From assembly GCF_963921235.1 (NCBI RefSeq), contig NC_086097.1, forward strand, positions 248,932,001 to 248,996,000: a stretch of 64,000 bases of DNA, written 5' to 3'. A program made the translations under genes and the position numbers. This DNA is from Mobula hypostoma. Lineage: Eukaryota. Positions 13,086 to 25,955 of this stretch are shown piece by piece (positions within the stretch are counted from its first letter, which is position 1; each line of letters opens with the position of its first letter). The notes under the pieces are model-generated. The model ran no database searches, had not been told where the DNA came from, and saw only the letters and a list, made by a program, of their open reading frames with translations.

Positions 13086-13720
13086 TCTTACGGTCTAAGT
13101 CTCCTCTGCACCCTTCCTATGTTTTCCACGTCCTTCCTGTAGTGAGGCGACCAGAATTGAGCACAGAACTGAATCATGGAGGCTGAAGGTGTCAGAGACC
13201 TGAATACTGTGACGTTCCTCTGTTCGGTCATCCCACCACCACCGCCCCCCACACCCCGCCGCCAGGAGTATCCAAAGTGATATACCTGTTGTTGAGGGGA
13301 TGGCCACTGCATTGGGTACTCTGCACTGGCTCCTTAACCCAGTTTCCCTTGCTGACTCTCACCGAGTTTCCTGTGTCCTGCACCTTGGGTGTGACTATAT
13401 ATCCTCTCTATCACCCCGTCAGCCTCCCCACTGATCCGGAGTTCATCCGGTTCCAGCTCCAACTCCTTAACGCGGTTTGTTAGAAGCTGCAGCTGGATGC
13501 ACTTCTCACAGTCAGGGATCAGGGATACTGGAGATCACCCTGCCTTCCCACGTCCCGCAAAAAGAACATTTCATTATCCTGCCTGGTATCCCACTGTCCT
13601 AGCTGAGCAGGTATAAAGACGGGAAGAAAAAACTTGAGCTTTTCTTTCCTTTGCTTCCTCTGAGTGAAGCCTCTCGTAGCTGAGGCCCTCGAAAATCAGA
13701 AGCTTACAGATCACCATTCC

Positions 13721-16252
13721 ATGTCCACTCTGACTATGTCCACTCTGACTATGTCCACTCTGACTATGTCCATTCTGACTATGTCCACTCTGACTATGTC
13801 CACTCTGACTATGTCCATTCTGACTATGTCCACTCTGACGATGGCCACTCTGACGATGGCCACTCTGACGATGGCCATTCTGACTATGTCCACTCTGACT
13901 ATGTCCACTCTGACGATGGCCACTCTGACGATGGCCATTCTGACTATGTCCACTCTGACTATGTCCACTCTGACGATGGCCACTCTGATGATGGCCACTC
14001 TGACTATGTCCACTCTGACTATATCCACTCTGACTATGTCCACTCTGACTATGTCCATTCTGACTATGTCCACTCTGACGATGGCCACTCTGACAATGGC
14101 CACTCTGACGATGGCCATTCTGACTATGTCCACTCTGACTATGTCCACTCTGACGATGGCCACTCTGATGATGGCCACTCTGACGATGGCCACTCTGACT
14201 ATGTCCACTCTGACGATGGCCACTCTGACGATGGCCATTCTGACTATGTCCACTCTGATGATGGCCACTCTGACGATGGCCACTCTGACTATGTCCACTC
14301 TGACGATGGCCACTCTGACGATGGCCATTCTGACTATGTCCACTCTGACTATGTCCACTCTGACGATGGCCACTCTGACTATGTCCACTCTGACGATGTC
14401 CACTCTGACGATGGCCATTCTGACTATGTCCACTCTGACTATGTCCACTCTGACGATGGCCACTCTGACGATGGCCACTCTGACTATGTCCACTCTGACT
14501 ATGTCCATTCTGACTATGTCCACTCTGACGATGGCCACTCTGACAATGGCCACTCTGACGATGGCCATTCTGACTATGTCCACTCTGACTATGTCCACTC
14601 TGACGATGGCCACTCTGATGATGGCCACTCTGACGATGGCCACTCTGACTATGTCCACTCTGACGATGGCCACTCTGACGATGGCCATTCTGACTATGTC
14701 CACTCTGATGATAGCCACTCTGACGATGGCCACTCTGACTATGTCCACTCTGACGATGGCCACTCTGACGATGTCCATTCTGACTATGTCCACTCTGACT
14801 ATGTCCACTCTGACTATGTCCATTCTGACTATGTCCACTCTGACGATGGCCACTCTGACGATGGCCATTCTGACTATGTCCACTCTGACTATGTCCACTC
14901 TGACGATGGCCACTCTGACGATGGCCATTCTGACTATGTCCACTCTGACTATGTCCACTCTGACGATGGCCACTCTGACGATGGCCACTCTGACTATGTC
15001 CACTCTGACTATGTCCACTCTGACGATGGCCACTCTGACTATGTCCACTCTGACTATGTCCATTCTGACTATGTCCACTCTGACGATGGCCACTCTGACA
15101 ATGGCCACTCTGACGATGGCCATTCTGACTATGTCCACTCTGACGATGTCCACTCTGACAATGGCCACTCTGATGATGGCCACTCTGACGATGGCCACTC
15201 TGACGATGGCCACTCTGACTATGTCCACTCTGTCTATGTCCACTCTGACGATGGCCACTCTGACGATGGCCATTCTGACTATGTCCACTCTGACTATGTC
15301 CACTTTGACGATGGCCACTCTGACGATGGCCACTCTGACTATGTCCACTCTGACTATGTCCATTCTGACTATGTCCACTCTGACGATGGCCACTCTGACA
15401 ATGGCCACTCTGACGATGGCCATTCTGACTATGTCCACTCTGACTATGTCCACTCTGACGATGGCCACTCTGATGATGGCCACTCTGACGATGGCCACTC
15501 TGACTATGTCCACTCTGACGATGGCCACTCTGACGATGGCCATTCTGACTATGTCCACTCTGATGATGGCCACTCTGACGATGGCCACTCTGACTATGTC
15601 CACTCTGACGATGGCCACTCTGACGATGTCCATTCTGACTATGTCCACTCTGACTATGTCCACTCTGACTATGTCCATTCTGACTATGTCCACTCTGACG
15701 ATGGCCACTCTGACGATGGCCACTCTGACGATGGCCATTCTGACTATGTCCACTCTGACTATGTCCACTCTGACGATGGCCACTCTGACGATGGCCATTC
15801 TGACTATGTCCACTCTGACTATGTCCACTCTGACGATGGCCACTCTGATGATGGCCACTCTGACTATGTCCACTCTGACTATGTCCACTCTGACGATGGC
15901 CACTCTGACTATGTCCACTCTGACTATGTCCATTCTGACTATGTCCACTCTGACGATGGCCACTCTGACAATGGCCACTCTGACGATGGCCATTCTGACT
16001 ATGTCCACTCTGACGATGTCCACTCTGACAATGGCCACTCTGATGATGGCCACTCTGACGATGGCCACTCTGACTATGTCCACTCTGACGATGGCCACTC
16101 TGACGATGGCCATTCTGACTATGTCCACTCTGATGATGGCCACTCTGACGATGGCCACTCTGACTATGTCCACTCTGACGATGGCCACTCTGACGATGGC
16201 CATTCTGACTATGTCCACTCTGACTATGTCCACTCTGACGATGGCCACTCTG
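13721..16252. repeat. 15-bp tandem minisatellite, about 169 copies
   Basis: Units atgtccactctgact / atggccactctgacg; no frame-breaking indel across 2.5 kb. Confidence 0.99.
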
Positions 16253-16550
16253 CTTGCCCCTTTTTCCTTTAATTTGCTCTTACTAATCAAGCCCAAACAG
16301 TGAATGAATGGTCACAGGTCAAAGCTCTATTACACTGCCGAGACCCGCTCCTGCCTTTATCCTTGGGCAGTGGACATGATTGAAGTCGCCACCTGTCCAA
16401 ACCTCTGATGCCCAGCATGACCACTGGTCAAAGCTCTATAAACAGCACTCACAAGAAAAACAAAAATTACACACAAGTTTTAAAATAAACCACAATTAGG
16501 ACAAACAAATACAAAGTCCATTTGAGTTCAAAGTGGTCATAGTGTTGCTT

Positions 16551-17074
16551 GAACACGAGGAATTCTGCAGATGCTGGAAATTCAAGCAGCACACATCAAA
16601 GTTGCTGGTGAACGCAGCAGGCCAGGCAGCATCTCTAGGAAGAGGTACAGTCGACGTTTCAGGCCGAGACCCTTTGTCAGGACTAACTGAAGGAAGAGTT
16701 AGTAAGAGATTTGAAAATTGGAGGGGGAGACGGAGATCCAAAATCATAAGAGAAGACAGGAGGGGGAGGGATGGAGCCAAGAGCTGGACAGGTGATTGGC
16801 AAAGGGGATATGAGAGGATCATGGGACAGGAGGCCCAGGGAGAAGGAAAAGGGGGAGGGGGAGAACCAGAGGATGGGCAAGGGGTATAGTGAGAGGGACA
16901 GAGGGAGAAAAGGGAGAGAGAGAGAAAGAATGTGTGTATATAAATAAATAAGGGATGGGGTACGAGGGGGAGGTGGGGCATTAGCGGAAGTTAGAGAAGT
17001 CAAAGTTCATGCCATCAGGTTGGAGGCTACCCAGATGGAATATAAGGTGTTGTTCCTCCAACCTGAGTGTGGCT
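16551..17074 (-). mobile_element. 5'-truncated Penelope-like element (GIY-YIG C-terminus plus terminal repeat) with TSD
   Basis: TSD tcatagtgttgctt at 16537-16550 and 17075-17088; C-terminal EATLRLEEQHL..LGSLQPDGMN motif; hammerhead-like core at 16648-16686. Confidence 0.8.
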
Positions 17075-17964
17075 TCATAGTGTTGCTTAACTTGTAATTG
17101 TCCTGATTAGGGTGTTTTGTTACCCATGGTAAATCTGAATCCTTCTCCCTCATAGATAGAAAGACTTGGTATATCAACCATGGTTTATTGGAAACAGGTG
17201 GAACTGCAGCACGGATCCCTTGACACTTCACTAATTACAAATTCTGGCTCAGAAAGGATCAGCTTTTCCTGTTCTCAGTTTTCTGTCCACTAACCCAGCC
17301 ACAATCCCACACTTTCTGATGTGGATTAATAATCTCTGCTCTGTTTCCGTATTTCTGGTCTCCTCCAGAACATCGAAATACACCACATCCACTGGCTTCC
17401 CCGAGACCTTCCCCAAAACTCAGAAATCTTTGTCAAATTTACCACAGAACATAGAACATTAAATTAGAATCAGGTTTAATATCACTGACGTGTGCGGTGA
17501 AATTTATTGTCCTGCTGCAGCAATACATAATAAACCAAAATTAGAATAAGATATTCCGGTTTAAGATGATGCTGGCAAAGCTGTGCGACAGCTTACTGGA
17601 AATCATCAGGCAAGAGATTCAGCTGAAAACGCTACTTGTAACGTCTTTCATAAAGCAAATTGTGCTGAACTATTGCCACAGGCAGTGAGGAGGCAGGCGG
17701 AGGTGAGGCTGGTTTGGGCAATGAGCCGTGCTGGGACATCGCGAGGCGCAACGTGTTTGAGTCACCGAGTTTTCTTTCTTGCAACGCACACAAAATACCG
17801 GTGGAATGCAGCAGGCCAAGACAACGTCCACAGGAAGAAGCACAGTCGACGTTTTGGGCTGAGACCCTTTGTCAGGACTAACTGAAAGAAGAGATCTCTT
17901 CTTTCAGTTAGTCCTGACGAGGGGTCAAAGCTAAATTATGAGTGTGGGGGAGGGGAAGGAATAC

Positions 17965-18165
17965 AACACTCACAACACGCTGGAGGAACTCAGCAGGTCG
18001 GGCAGCATCCGTGGAAAAGATCGGTCGATGTTTCGGGCCGGAACTGACGAAGAGTTCCGGCCTGAAACGTTGACCGATCTTTTCCACGGATGCTGCCCGA
18101 CCTGCTGAGTTCCTCCAGCATGTTGTGAGTGTCGCTTTGACCCCAGCATCTGCAGATTATTTTAT
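17965..18165 (+). mobile_element. Fold-back mini Penelope-derived element with hammerhead core and TSD
   Basis: Inverted arms 17966-18045 and 18053-18132; TSD gggaaggaatac(aa) at 17953 and 18166. Confidence 0.8.
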
Positions 18166-18377
18166 GGGAAGGAATACAAGCTGGCAGGTGATAGATGAGA
18201 CCAGGTAAGGGGGGACAAAGTAAGAAGCAGGGCGATGATAGGTGGGAGAGGTAAAGGGCTGAAGAAGAAGTAATCTGATAGGAGGCATGTGATAATGTGC
18301 TCCTCCTTTGTTGTTGTGCTCATTACAGTGAAAGATTGTATTGCATCTGCAAGCTTTTATCAGTGCACGATATCCTG

Positions 18378-18790
18378 CTGTGACGTGGTGGAGATACCTC
18401 TCTGCCAAAGGAGGTGTAAGGCTTTTCTTCTCTCCGCTAGCCTGCAGGTCACCCTTGGGCAAAGTGTAGCACCTGCTTAGCCCCTGATCAGGATCATGTG
18501 AAGCCATGGGAGTGGGTGGTGGATAGTCGTATGAGCAGCCGGTCCCTATCACAAGTTCTAGTTATGTGACCACTGACACCAGGCAGACAATCTCTGAAGA
18601 TCATTGATCATGGCTGGGGTCTCCCGTCTTGTCTGCAAAGACGCTGCCTGGAAGAGGCAATGGCAGACCACTTCTGTAGAAAAATTTGCCAAGAGCAGTC
18701 ACGGTCATGGAAAGACAATGATGGTCACATCATATGACACGGCGCATAATGATGATGTCATAAAACGCAGCACATGATGATGATGATGAT
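18378..18790 (+). mobile_element. Unclassified SINE-like element with (tga)n tail
   Basis: A second copy lies in reverse orientation at about 36655-37345 (split by a Penelope insertion); ends in tgatgatgatgat. Confidence 0.6.
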
Positions 18791-20034
18791 CCTGCCGATG
18801 CTGGAAATCTTGAGCACAATTTACAGAAGATATTGGAAAAACTCATCAGGTCAGGCAGCATCTGTGGAGAATAAACAATCAATGTTTCGGACCAGGACAC
18901 TTCATCAGGATTTGCAGCATCTGTAGTATTTGCTCCTATTTCTTATAGTGAATCTGATACGTTAAGGATGAGGTAATAATAAGTTAAGGATGAGTCAGCT
19001 GCCGTTGTTTCTGATGACTGAGTGATTCTAGCACACACATTCCTTCATTGGTGTGTTTGGGGAATGAAACTACATAACTTCCCCATCTTCCCCAGAACAT
19101 ACTGGTACAATTCTAAACTGCCATCATACAGAGCATCCTCGCATCAAACATTACTGTCTGCATTGGCGCAGCATCCTCCCACAATACACAAAACACTTGG
19201 CTGCAGTCCACCATCACTGCAGAACTTGCATGTGCTCACGACAAAGAAGTGGGCAGGGAAAAAACCACTGAGGACACTCCCCACCCTGCAAATTGCCTTT
19301 ATCAAACACTCTCTTCCAGAAAGCACTATGGAACTAATAACAGAATAAATCACGTATTCTTAAAAGTTTCTTCCTCCAGGAAGTTAATCTGGTCAACCAT
19401 TCTAGTTAGGCCACCCCTACCCCCTCTGTCTATTAGCTCATCACTGCAGTGCACAGTAAACACTTCAAACCACTTTTTATAATGTTGCTTATATTGTAAA
19501 TACATGCTGATATTTATGTGTTTGTGCACATTTCGTTCCATATCTGTACATTAACCATTAGATTTTATATGATTATTTATTTTTATATAATTCATTATTT
19601 TTTATGATTGTTGACTGTTGTTTTTGTTGCATGTAACACCACAGCAAATTGCTAATACATGGAACTGTGTAGATATGGTGAATAAAGCTGATCCCTGATC
19701 GATGATAACTGTATTTCCAGTACAGAACCCTCTATCGGTGGAGTTGTGGAGGGTTGTTGTAGGCTGTAGCGGGACTTTGACAGGATGCAGAGCTTGGCTG
19801 AGAAGTAGCAGATGGAGTTTAAACTCAGAAAAGTGTGAAGTGAATCACTTTGGAGGGTCAAGTTAGCAGGCAGACTGCGAGGTTAATGGCAGGCTTCGTG
19901 GCAGTGTGGAAGATCAGAGGGATCTTGTGATCCATGTCCATAGATTCCCCCAGAGTTGCAACGCAAGTCGATAGGGTTATTAAGAAGGCATTTGGTGTGT
20001 TGACCTTCATTAGTCAGGGGACTGAGTTTTCTTA

Positions 20035-20885
20035 TAGGAGAATTGCAGAGAGACATTGATAGGATGCAGAAGTGGGCTGAGAAGTGGCAGATGGAGTTCA
20101 ACCCGGAGAAGTGTGAGGTGGTACACTTTGGAAGGACAAACTCCAAGGCAGAGTACAAAGTAAATGGCAGGATACTTGGTAGTGTGGAGGACCAAAGGGA
20201 TCTGGGGGTACATGTCCACAGATCCCTGAAAGTTGCCTCACAGGTAGATAGGGTAGCTAAGAAAGCTTATGGAGTGTTAGCTTTCATAAGTCGAGGGATA
20301 GAGTTTAAGAGTTGCGATGTAATGATGCAGCTCTATAAAACTCTGGTTAGACCACACTTGGAGTACTGTGTCCAGTTCTGGTCGCCTCACTATAGGAAGG
20401 ATGTGGAAGCATTGGAAAGGGTACAAAGGAGATTTACCAGGATGCTGCCTGGTTTAGAGAGTATGCATTATGATCAGAGATTAAGGGAGCTGGGGCTTTA
20501 CTCTTTGGAGAGAAGGAGGATGAGAGGAGACATGATAGAGGTGTACAAGATAATAAGAGGAATAGATAGAGTGGATAGCCAGCGCCTCTTCCCCAGGGCA
20601 CCACTGCTCAATACAAGAGGACATGGCTTTAAGATAAGGGGTGGGAAGTTCAAGGGGGATATTAGAGGAAGGTTTTTTACTCAGAGAGTGGTTGGTGTGT
20701 GGAATGCACTGCCTGAGTCAGTGGTGGAGGCAGATACACTAGTGAAGTTTAAGAGACTACTAGACAGGTATATGGAGGAATTTAAGGTGGGGGGTTATAT
20801 GGGAGGCAGGGTTTGAAGGTCAGCACAACATTGTGGGCCGAAGAGCCTGTACTGTGCTGTACTATTCTATGTTCTATGTTCTATG
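20035..20885 (+). mobile_element. Young CR1 LINE 3' portion nested in an older CR1 fragment
   Basis: Uninterrupted 257-aa ORF 20043-20816; (ttctatg)n tail; near-identical to the copies at 22998 and 33985. Confidence 0.93.
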
Positions 20886-22997
20886 TGGAATGGGGTTAGG
20901 GGGAAATGGATGAGCCATGATCAAATGGCAGCGCAAACCCATTGGGCTGAAAGGGTTAATTCTGCTCCTGTGTCTTTTGTCTTGTGGTCTTAAGAACTGT
21001 GAAGTAATTCTACAGCTCTATAAAACCCTGGTTAGACCGCATGGAATATTGTTTTCAATTCTAGTCGCCTCATTTTAGGAAGAATGTGGTCAAATATTAC
21101 GGGGAGAAGGCAGGAGAATGGGGTTGAGAGGGATAGTAAATCAGCCACGATAGAATGGTGGAGCAGACTTGATGGGCTGAATGGCCTAATTCTGCTACTA
21201 TGACTTGTACTCTCATGATTAACCAGAGATCTTTTCCCAGGGCGGAAATGTCTAATACAAGAGGATGTAATTTTAAGGTGATTGGAGGAAAATATGGGGG
21301 TGGGAAGTCATAGGGCAGGTGGTTTTTTTACACAGAGTGGTGGGTGCCTAGAATGCCCTGATGGGGTAGTGGTAGAGGCAGATACATTAGGGATATTTTA
21401 GAGAATCCTGGATAGGCACATTGTTGTAGAAAAATTGAGGGTTATGTGGGAGGGTTAAAAAGGTTAAAAAGTCAGAACAACTTTGTGGTCCGTAGGACCT
21501 GCACTGTGCTGCAATGTCCTATTCCCTTCTTAAGATTTCCCAATCAGTTACATTCATTAAGTGAAATTTAGTGACCTTACGGGGAATAGTGCCAGCATTT
21601 GCAGTTCGGAATACAAAGGGGGCTGTGTAGAAAGCGAGGGGTGTGACCACAGTGAGGCTCGTGGTGACTAACTGGTCACCCCATCAACACGCGATACCAC
21701 TTGGCTGGCCCACTGGTCAGATGACTGGAAGGCATCTGACTGGGAGCTAACTTAAAATATTTGAAGTTGTTCTGCTCCAGCGTTTTTATCTTCCATTTCA
21801 ATCAAGACAACAAAAGGCTCGCAGCGTTGGAAGCAACTTCGAAGTGATTGATATGCAGTCATAAGAAATGTGCTCTGGCAAGGAGATGACAGCAGGAATG
21901 AGGCAGAATATTGACGGGTATTAATATCGAGAACTGTGCAAAAGTCTTAGGTGCATATACTGTATATCACTAGTGTGCCTAAGACTTTTGTACAATGCTG
22001 TAGTTATTTTATGTATTGCACTGTACGGCTGCCACAGTAAAAGCACAAATTTCATGGCAGATGTGAGTGATGATAAACCAGATTCTGATATGGGTCTCTC
22101 GTGGACTGAGAGTGGGAAGGGGGCAGGGAGAGGGGAGGGAGAGGGAAGCACAGGAGAGACATTCTGTCATGATGAATAAACCAATTTTTTGGAATCAGAT
22201 GACCTCCTGGTTTGTCTGCACCTTCGCCACACCCCCTCCTCTGCCACCTGTCCCACTCCCCTCCTGCGATGTTTAACCCTCGCCATTCCCAACATCGTTT
22301 GCTTCCTCCTGATTTACAAATCCGCTCCACCTTGACAAATACAGTTCTCTACAGTCATAGGCATCCTAAGACTGTGCCTAAGCCCTTTGTAAATCACCGT
22401 ACCTGTCAGCCTTTTCAATATTGTTTTTAATTCTTAATAACACAGGTAGATGGGGTCGTAAAGTGAGCTTTTGGCACACTGGCCTTCATAAGTCAATGTA
22501 CTGAGTACAAGCCATATGATGTTAAGCTGAAATAAGACATAATCTGGGGTGATGTGCCCAGTTTTGGTCACCTATCTGTGGGAAAGGTATCAATAAGAGA
22601 ACATTTACAAGAATGTTGCCGGGACTTGAGGACCTGTTATAGGGAAAGGTTGAACAGGTTAAAACTTTATTCCCTGGAGTGTAGAAGAACACAGGCAGAT
22701 TTGATAGAGGAATACAAATTTACGAAGGGGTTTAGATAGAGGAAATCCAAGCATGCCTTTTCCACTGAGTTTAGGTGAGCTTAAAACTAGAGGCCATGGG
22801 CTAAGGGTTAAACGTGAAATGTTGAAGGGGAACGTGTGGGGAACCTTCTTCGCTCAGAGGGTGGTGGGAATGTGGAAATAGCTGCCAGGGCACATGATGG
22901 ATGCTGGTTCCATTTCAACATTTAAGAGAGATTTGGACAGGTAGACAGATGGGAGGGGCATGGAGGGCAATGTTCCAGGTGCAGACAGATGGGACTG

Positions 22998-23531
22998 GGC
23001 ACTTGGAGTATTGTGTCCAGTTCTGGTCGCCTCACTATAGGAAGGATGTGGAAGCATTGGAAAGGGTACAGAGGAGATTTACCAGGATGCTGCCTGGTTT
23101 AGAGAGTATGCATTATGATCAGAGATTAAGGGAGCTAAGGCTTTACTCTTTGGAGAGAAGGAGGATGAGAGGAGACATGATAGAGGTGTACAAGATAATA
23201 AGAGGAATAGATAGAGTGGGTAGCCAGCGCCTCATCCCCAGGGCGCCACTGCTCAATACAAGAGGACATGGCTTTAAGGTAAGGGGGTAAGGGATGGGAA
23301 GTTCAAGGGGGATATTAGAGGAAGGTTTTTTACTCAGAGAGTGGTTGGTGCGTGGAATGCACTGCCTGAGTCAGTGGTGGAGGCAGATACACTAGTGAAG
23401 TTTAAGAGACTACTAGACAGGTATATGGAGGAATTTAAGGTGGGGGCTTATATGGGAGGCAGGGTTTGAGGGTCGGCACAACATTGTGGGTGGAAGGGCC
23501 TGAACTGTGCTGTACTATTCTATGTTCTATA
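22998..23531 (+). mobile_element. Young CR1 LINE 3' end nested in an older CR1 fragment (22440-23590)
   Basis: HLEYCVQFWSPHYRKDVEALERVQRRFTRMLPGLESMHYDQRL; small local duplication with frameshift near 23280-23293. Confidence 0.9.
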
Positions 23532-23897
23532 ATGGTTCAGCACTGACCACATGGGCCAAAGGCCCACTCTGTGCTGTGCTCTATGACTTGTATATAACAA
23601 GGAGAAAGTGTTGGTTGAGTAGTCTCTGAAACAAAGTACAGAAAGAACCATAAATCCAAACTCAATCTGTGTGTTTACATTCTGCTCAGAAACAAGTGCC
23701 TTGCCAGCTTTGATTACTGCTATTTTAATCGCGTGATTGCCAGCATTTTATTTTTGCCACAGAAGCTTACTTCACTTTTCCACTCTCTTATGCTTCTCTG
23801 TTTAATTGTTCACAGTTTTCTCCCCTCAGATTCTGTGCCCCTCTCTTTCAAATCCGTACAAGGAGAAAAACCTTGACTCCTCCTCCCCCCCCCAACA

Positions 23898-24418
23898 TAC
23901 ACTCAGTGGCCACTTTATTAGGTAAGCTGAAACACTTGCTCATTAATACAAATATCTAATCAGCTAATCATATGGCAACAACTCAATGCATAAAAGCATG
24001 CCGACATGGTCAAGAGGTTCAGTTGTTGTTCAGACCAAACATCAGAATGGGGAAGAAATGTGATCTAAGTGACTTTGACTGTGGAATGATTATTGGTGCC
24101 AGACGGGGTGGTTTGAGTATCTCAGAAACTGCTGATCTCCTGGGATTTTCACACACAACAGTCTCTAGAGTTTACAGAGAATGGTGCAAAAATACAAAAA
24201 AAAGCAGCCAGTGAATGGCATTTTTGTGGGTTAAAATGCCTTGTTAGTGAGAGAGGCCAGAGGAGAATGGCCAGACTGGTTCAAGCTGACAGGAAGGAGA
24301 CAGTATCTGAAATAACCAGATGTTACAACAGTGTGTAACCAGATGTTATACCTTGAAGTGGATGGGCTACAGCAGCAGAAGATCACGAACATACACTCAG
24401 TGGCCCCTATATGAGGTA
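23898..24418 (+). mobile_element. Tc1/mariner transposon relic (left end plus transposase N-terminal HTH)
   Basis: ta-cactcagtggccactttattaggta end, then MGKKCDLSDFDCGMIIGARRGGLSISETADLLGFSHTTVSRVYREW. Confidence 0.85.
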
Positions 24419-24462
24419 CGGAAGGTCCAAACACAGTGGCTGTAGAGTGTACGCTGTGGGGC

Positions 24463-24858
24463 CAGTGATGTTGTGGGGATGGAACTGGACTCTCTCACGG
24501 TGGTGTCTGAAAAGAGGATGCTGTCTAAGTTGCATGCCATCTTGGACAATGTCTCCATCCACTACATAATGTACTGGGTGGGCACAGGAGTATATTCAGC
24601 CAGAGACTCATTCCACCGAGATGCAGCACAGAGCGTCATAGGAAGTCATTCCTGCCTGTGGCCATCAAACTTTACAACTCCTCCCTTGGAGGGTCAGACA
24701 CCCTGAGCCAATAGTCTGGTCCTGGACTTATTTCCTGCATAAGTAATTTACATATTACTATTTAACTATTTATGGTTCTATTACTATTTATTATTTATGG
24801 AGCAACTGTAACGAAAACCAATTTCCCCTGGGATCAATAAAGTATGACTATGACTATG
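24463..24858 (+). mobile_element. Rex/Babar-like non-LTR 3' end
   Basis: ELDSLTVVSEKRMLSKLHAILDNVSH motif, aataaa and (tatgac)n tail. Confidence 0.85.
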
Positions 24859-25280
24859 CATAAACCACAGCCCCATTTGAAACCCCCATTTTCTCCACTG
24901 AGTCCCCTGCTATCGGTACCCATCTTTATCAGAACTAGATCTTGGATACCCTTCACAAAGAAAATCTACTGATGCTGGAAATCTGAGCAACACACACAAA
25001 ATGCTGGAGGAACTCAGCAGGCCGGGTTGCATCTGTGAAAAAGAGTACAGTCGACATTTCGGGCCGAAACCCTTCGGCAGGTCCTGTTTTCAGTCAGTTT
25101 TGAGCCCCCACCATGTGCGTTGACGAAGATAAACCCAGGACAATGCACAGAAAATGTGTCTTCCTTCTATTTTAATCACACGATTGTCAGCAGCTGCCTT
25201 AATTTTCTCCTGGTTAATAGTTCTTACGTTGGTCCTGCTTGTTCTGAAGGTGGTATCTTCCACCATGTGTTGCGTTTCAG

Positions 25281-25461
25281 GAAGTTCACGCACCTCTCAT
25301 GGATCCAACACCGATTCAGCCCCCCGATGACGTTATTGTCACCACGGAGATGGAGACCTCCTCCGGTCTACCTGATACCAGCTTCCAGGAGACAATCACA
25401 TCTGGCATTTCTGGGGAGAGGCCCCCGGAGGAGGGGGAAGACTTTGAAATACCAGAGCAAG
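25281..25461 (+). CDS. COL15A1: COL15A1-like exon C, acidic Pro/Thr/Ser-rich hinge
   Basis: Acceptor gcgtttcag, donor AAG|gtacct; 181 nt, phase 0-1. Reads EVHAPLMDPTPIQPPDDVIVTTEMETSSGLPDTSFQETITSGISGERPPEEGEDFEIPEQ. Non-repeat island whose phase fits exons B and D. Confidence 0.72.
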
Positions 25462-25609
25462 GTACCTTTATATTCTTGACTTTATCCAGAATCAAGTTAA
25501 TATTACTTGTGTGTGTCATGAAATTTGTTGTCTTTGTGGCAGCAATACAAGGCAATACATAATAATAGGAAAAAAATGCAAATTACTGTATATACATTAA
25601 ATAATTAAA

Positions 25610-25955
25610 TAGACGTGCTCTACTCTGAGGCCTTCCTGTCTGGTCCTATACTCCCCCACCATAAAAATCACCCTCTGGACGTCGAGGCCTTTCAACATTC
25701 AAAAGGTTTTAATGAGGTCACTCCTCATCCTTTTGAATTGCAGCAAATACGAGCCCAGAGCTATCAAATGGTCTTCATATGGCAACCCTTTCGACCCTGG
25801 TATCATTTTTGTGAATCTCCTTTGAACCCTCTCCAGTTTCAGCACATCCTTTCTTAGATAAAGGGCCCAAAACTGCTCACAATATTCCAAGTGAGGCCTC
25901 ACCAGTGCTTTATAAAGTCCCAACATTATATCCTAGCCTTTGTATTCTAGTCCAT
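25610..25955 (-). mobile_element. CR1 LINE 3' fragment
   Basis: ORF 25699-25926 LYKALVRPHLEYCEQFW. Confidence 0.85.

Larger units (their letters stand above)
7766..13715 (-). mobile_element. Old fragmented CR1 LINE interrupted by several younger insertions
   Basis: Collinear minus-strand pieces: RT (7766-9170, GVPQGSVLGP, KSPGPDG), endonuclease (9228-9786, 10377-10565), ORF1 esterase (11666-12127), ORF1 N-terminus (13180-13600). Confidence 0.85.

Noticed and set aside
13664..16303. 879-aa and 861-aa ORFs as real genes or a mucin-like collagen exon
   Set aside because: Pure 15-bp repeat; the only upstream acceptor-like site (GAG at 13662-13664) is followed by TGA in phase 0 and no good donor follows.
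17369..17460. Acceptor-like ctcctccag followed by open sequence
   Set aside because: No donor site and no collagen-like peptide; it runs into repeat sequence.
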